Source of the DNA: an uncultured Planctomycetia bacterium
GTDB taxonomy: Bacteria > Planctomycetota > MHYJ01 > CAYXQY01
DNA length: 53,794 nucleotides
Direction: 5' to 3'
NCBI GenBank assembly: GCA_964466525.1
Contig: CAYXQY010000004.1
Coordinates: 1-53,794 of the forward strand
Both the position numbers and the translations under genes were made by a program. The notes beneath the pieces were generated by a model. That model did no database searches. It saw only the letters and a list, made by a program, of their open reading frames with translations, and was not told the origin of the DNA. This document shows, one piece after another, positions 53,740 to 53,794 of this stretch (positions are counted from its first letter, which is position 1; every line of letters starts with the position of its first letter).

Positions 53740-53794
53740 GAGGCTGCTGAAAAACCCCCGCAACGTCAGCGAAACGAGTTGCGTCGAAGAGCGC
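53740..53794. repeat. Copy 2 of the ~54-nt intergenic repeat (runs into the window edge)
   Basis: GAGGCTGCTGAAAAACCCCCGCAACGTCAGCGAAACGAGTTGCGTCGAAGAGCGC lies 56 nt upstream of the DUF4091 gene start on the other strand. Confidence 0.75.

Noticed and set aside
1-53794. Search for CRISPR arrays, rRNA, tRNA and intact insertion sequences
   Set aside because: I found no regularly spaced direct repeats, no rRNA-like conserved blocks, no cloverleaf candidates in the intergenic gaps I inspected, and no transposase- or integrase-like ORF. This was a by-eye scan only, and tRNAscan-SE, Infernal and ISfinder should confirm it.

Overview
This is a 53.8-kb bacterial chromosomal window. The gene content includes a formylglycine-type sulfatase, DUF4838- and DUF4091-like secreted enzymes, a PVC-type dehydrogenase-domain protein and a prepilin-like protein. 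That mix suggests a PVC-superphylum-like organism, but this is inference only. All family and DUF names are recalled from sequence signatures and need HMM confirmation.

Layout:
- 1-6.3 kb: the 3' part of the spc/alpha ribosomal cluster (secY-adk-map-infA-rpmJ-rpsM-rpsK-rpsD-rpoA-rplQ).
- 6.6-18.1 kb: housekeeping and envelope genes. These are a pilin-like protein, a short UvrC, an AddB-type nuclease, a GT-C-like membrane protein, dapF, a beta-propeller/HEAT protein and an LpxR-like protein.
- 18.1-19.6 kb: an ORF-poor gap with a frame-hopping gene relic and a hairpin-rich, purine-skewed stretch.
- 19.6-20.9 kb: an aldehyde dehydrogenase split by a frameshift.
- 21.3-30.3 kb: the most interesting locus, a five-gene minus-strand operon. 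It encodes a TolC-like lipoprotein with an extra C-terminal domain, an HlyD-type adaptor, a Zn-ribbon protein with a degenerate GGDEF domain that keeps its I-site, a processive GT2 synthase with QRLRW, and a UDP-N-acetylhexosamine-dehydrogenase-type enzyme. An active GGEEF diguanylate cyclase is transcribed divergently from it. I read this as a c-di-GMP-gated, synthase-dependent exopolysaccharide secretion system whose architecture I cannot map to a named system.
- 30.5-39.1 kb: a G+C-rich membrane module of unknown function built around MoxR and DUF58 (RDD, SpoIIM/DUF95, Zn-ribbon membrane protein, DUF4129, DUF4350, MoxR, DUF58).
- 39.5-53.7 kb: a secreted glycan-degradation-type gene set interspersed with two families of short repeats and gene relics.

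I recognised no rRNA, tRNA, CRISPR array or intact transposase by eye. Three frame breaks coincide with short homopolymers, so assembly error must be excluded before calling those genes pseudogenes.
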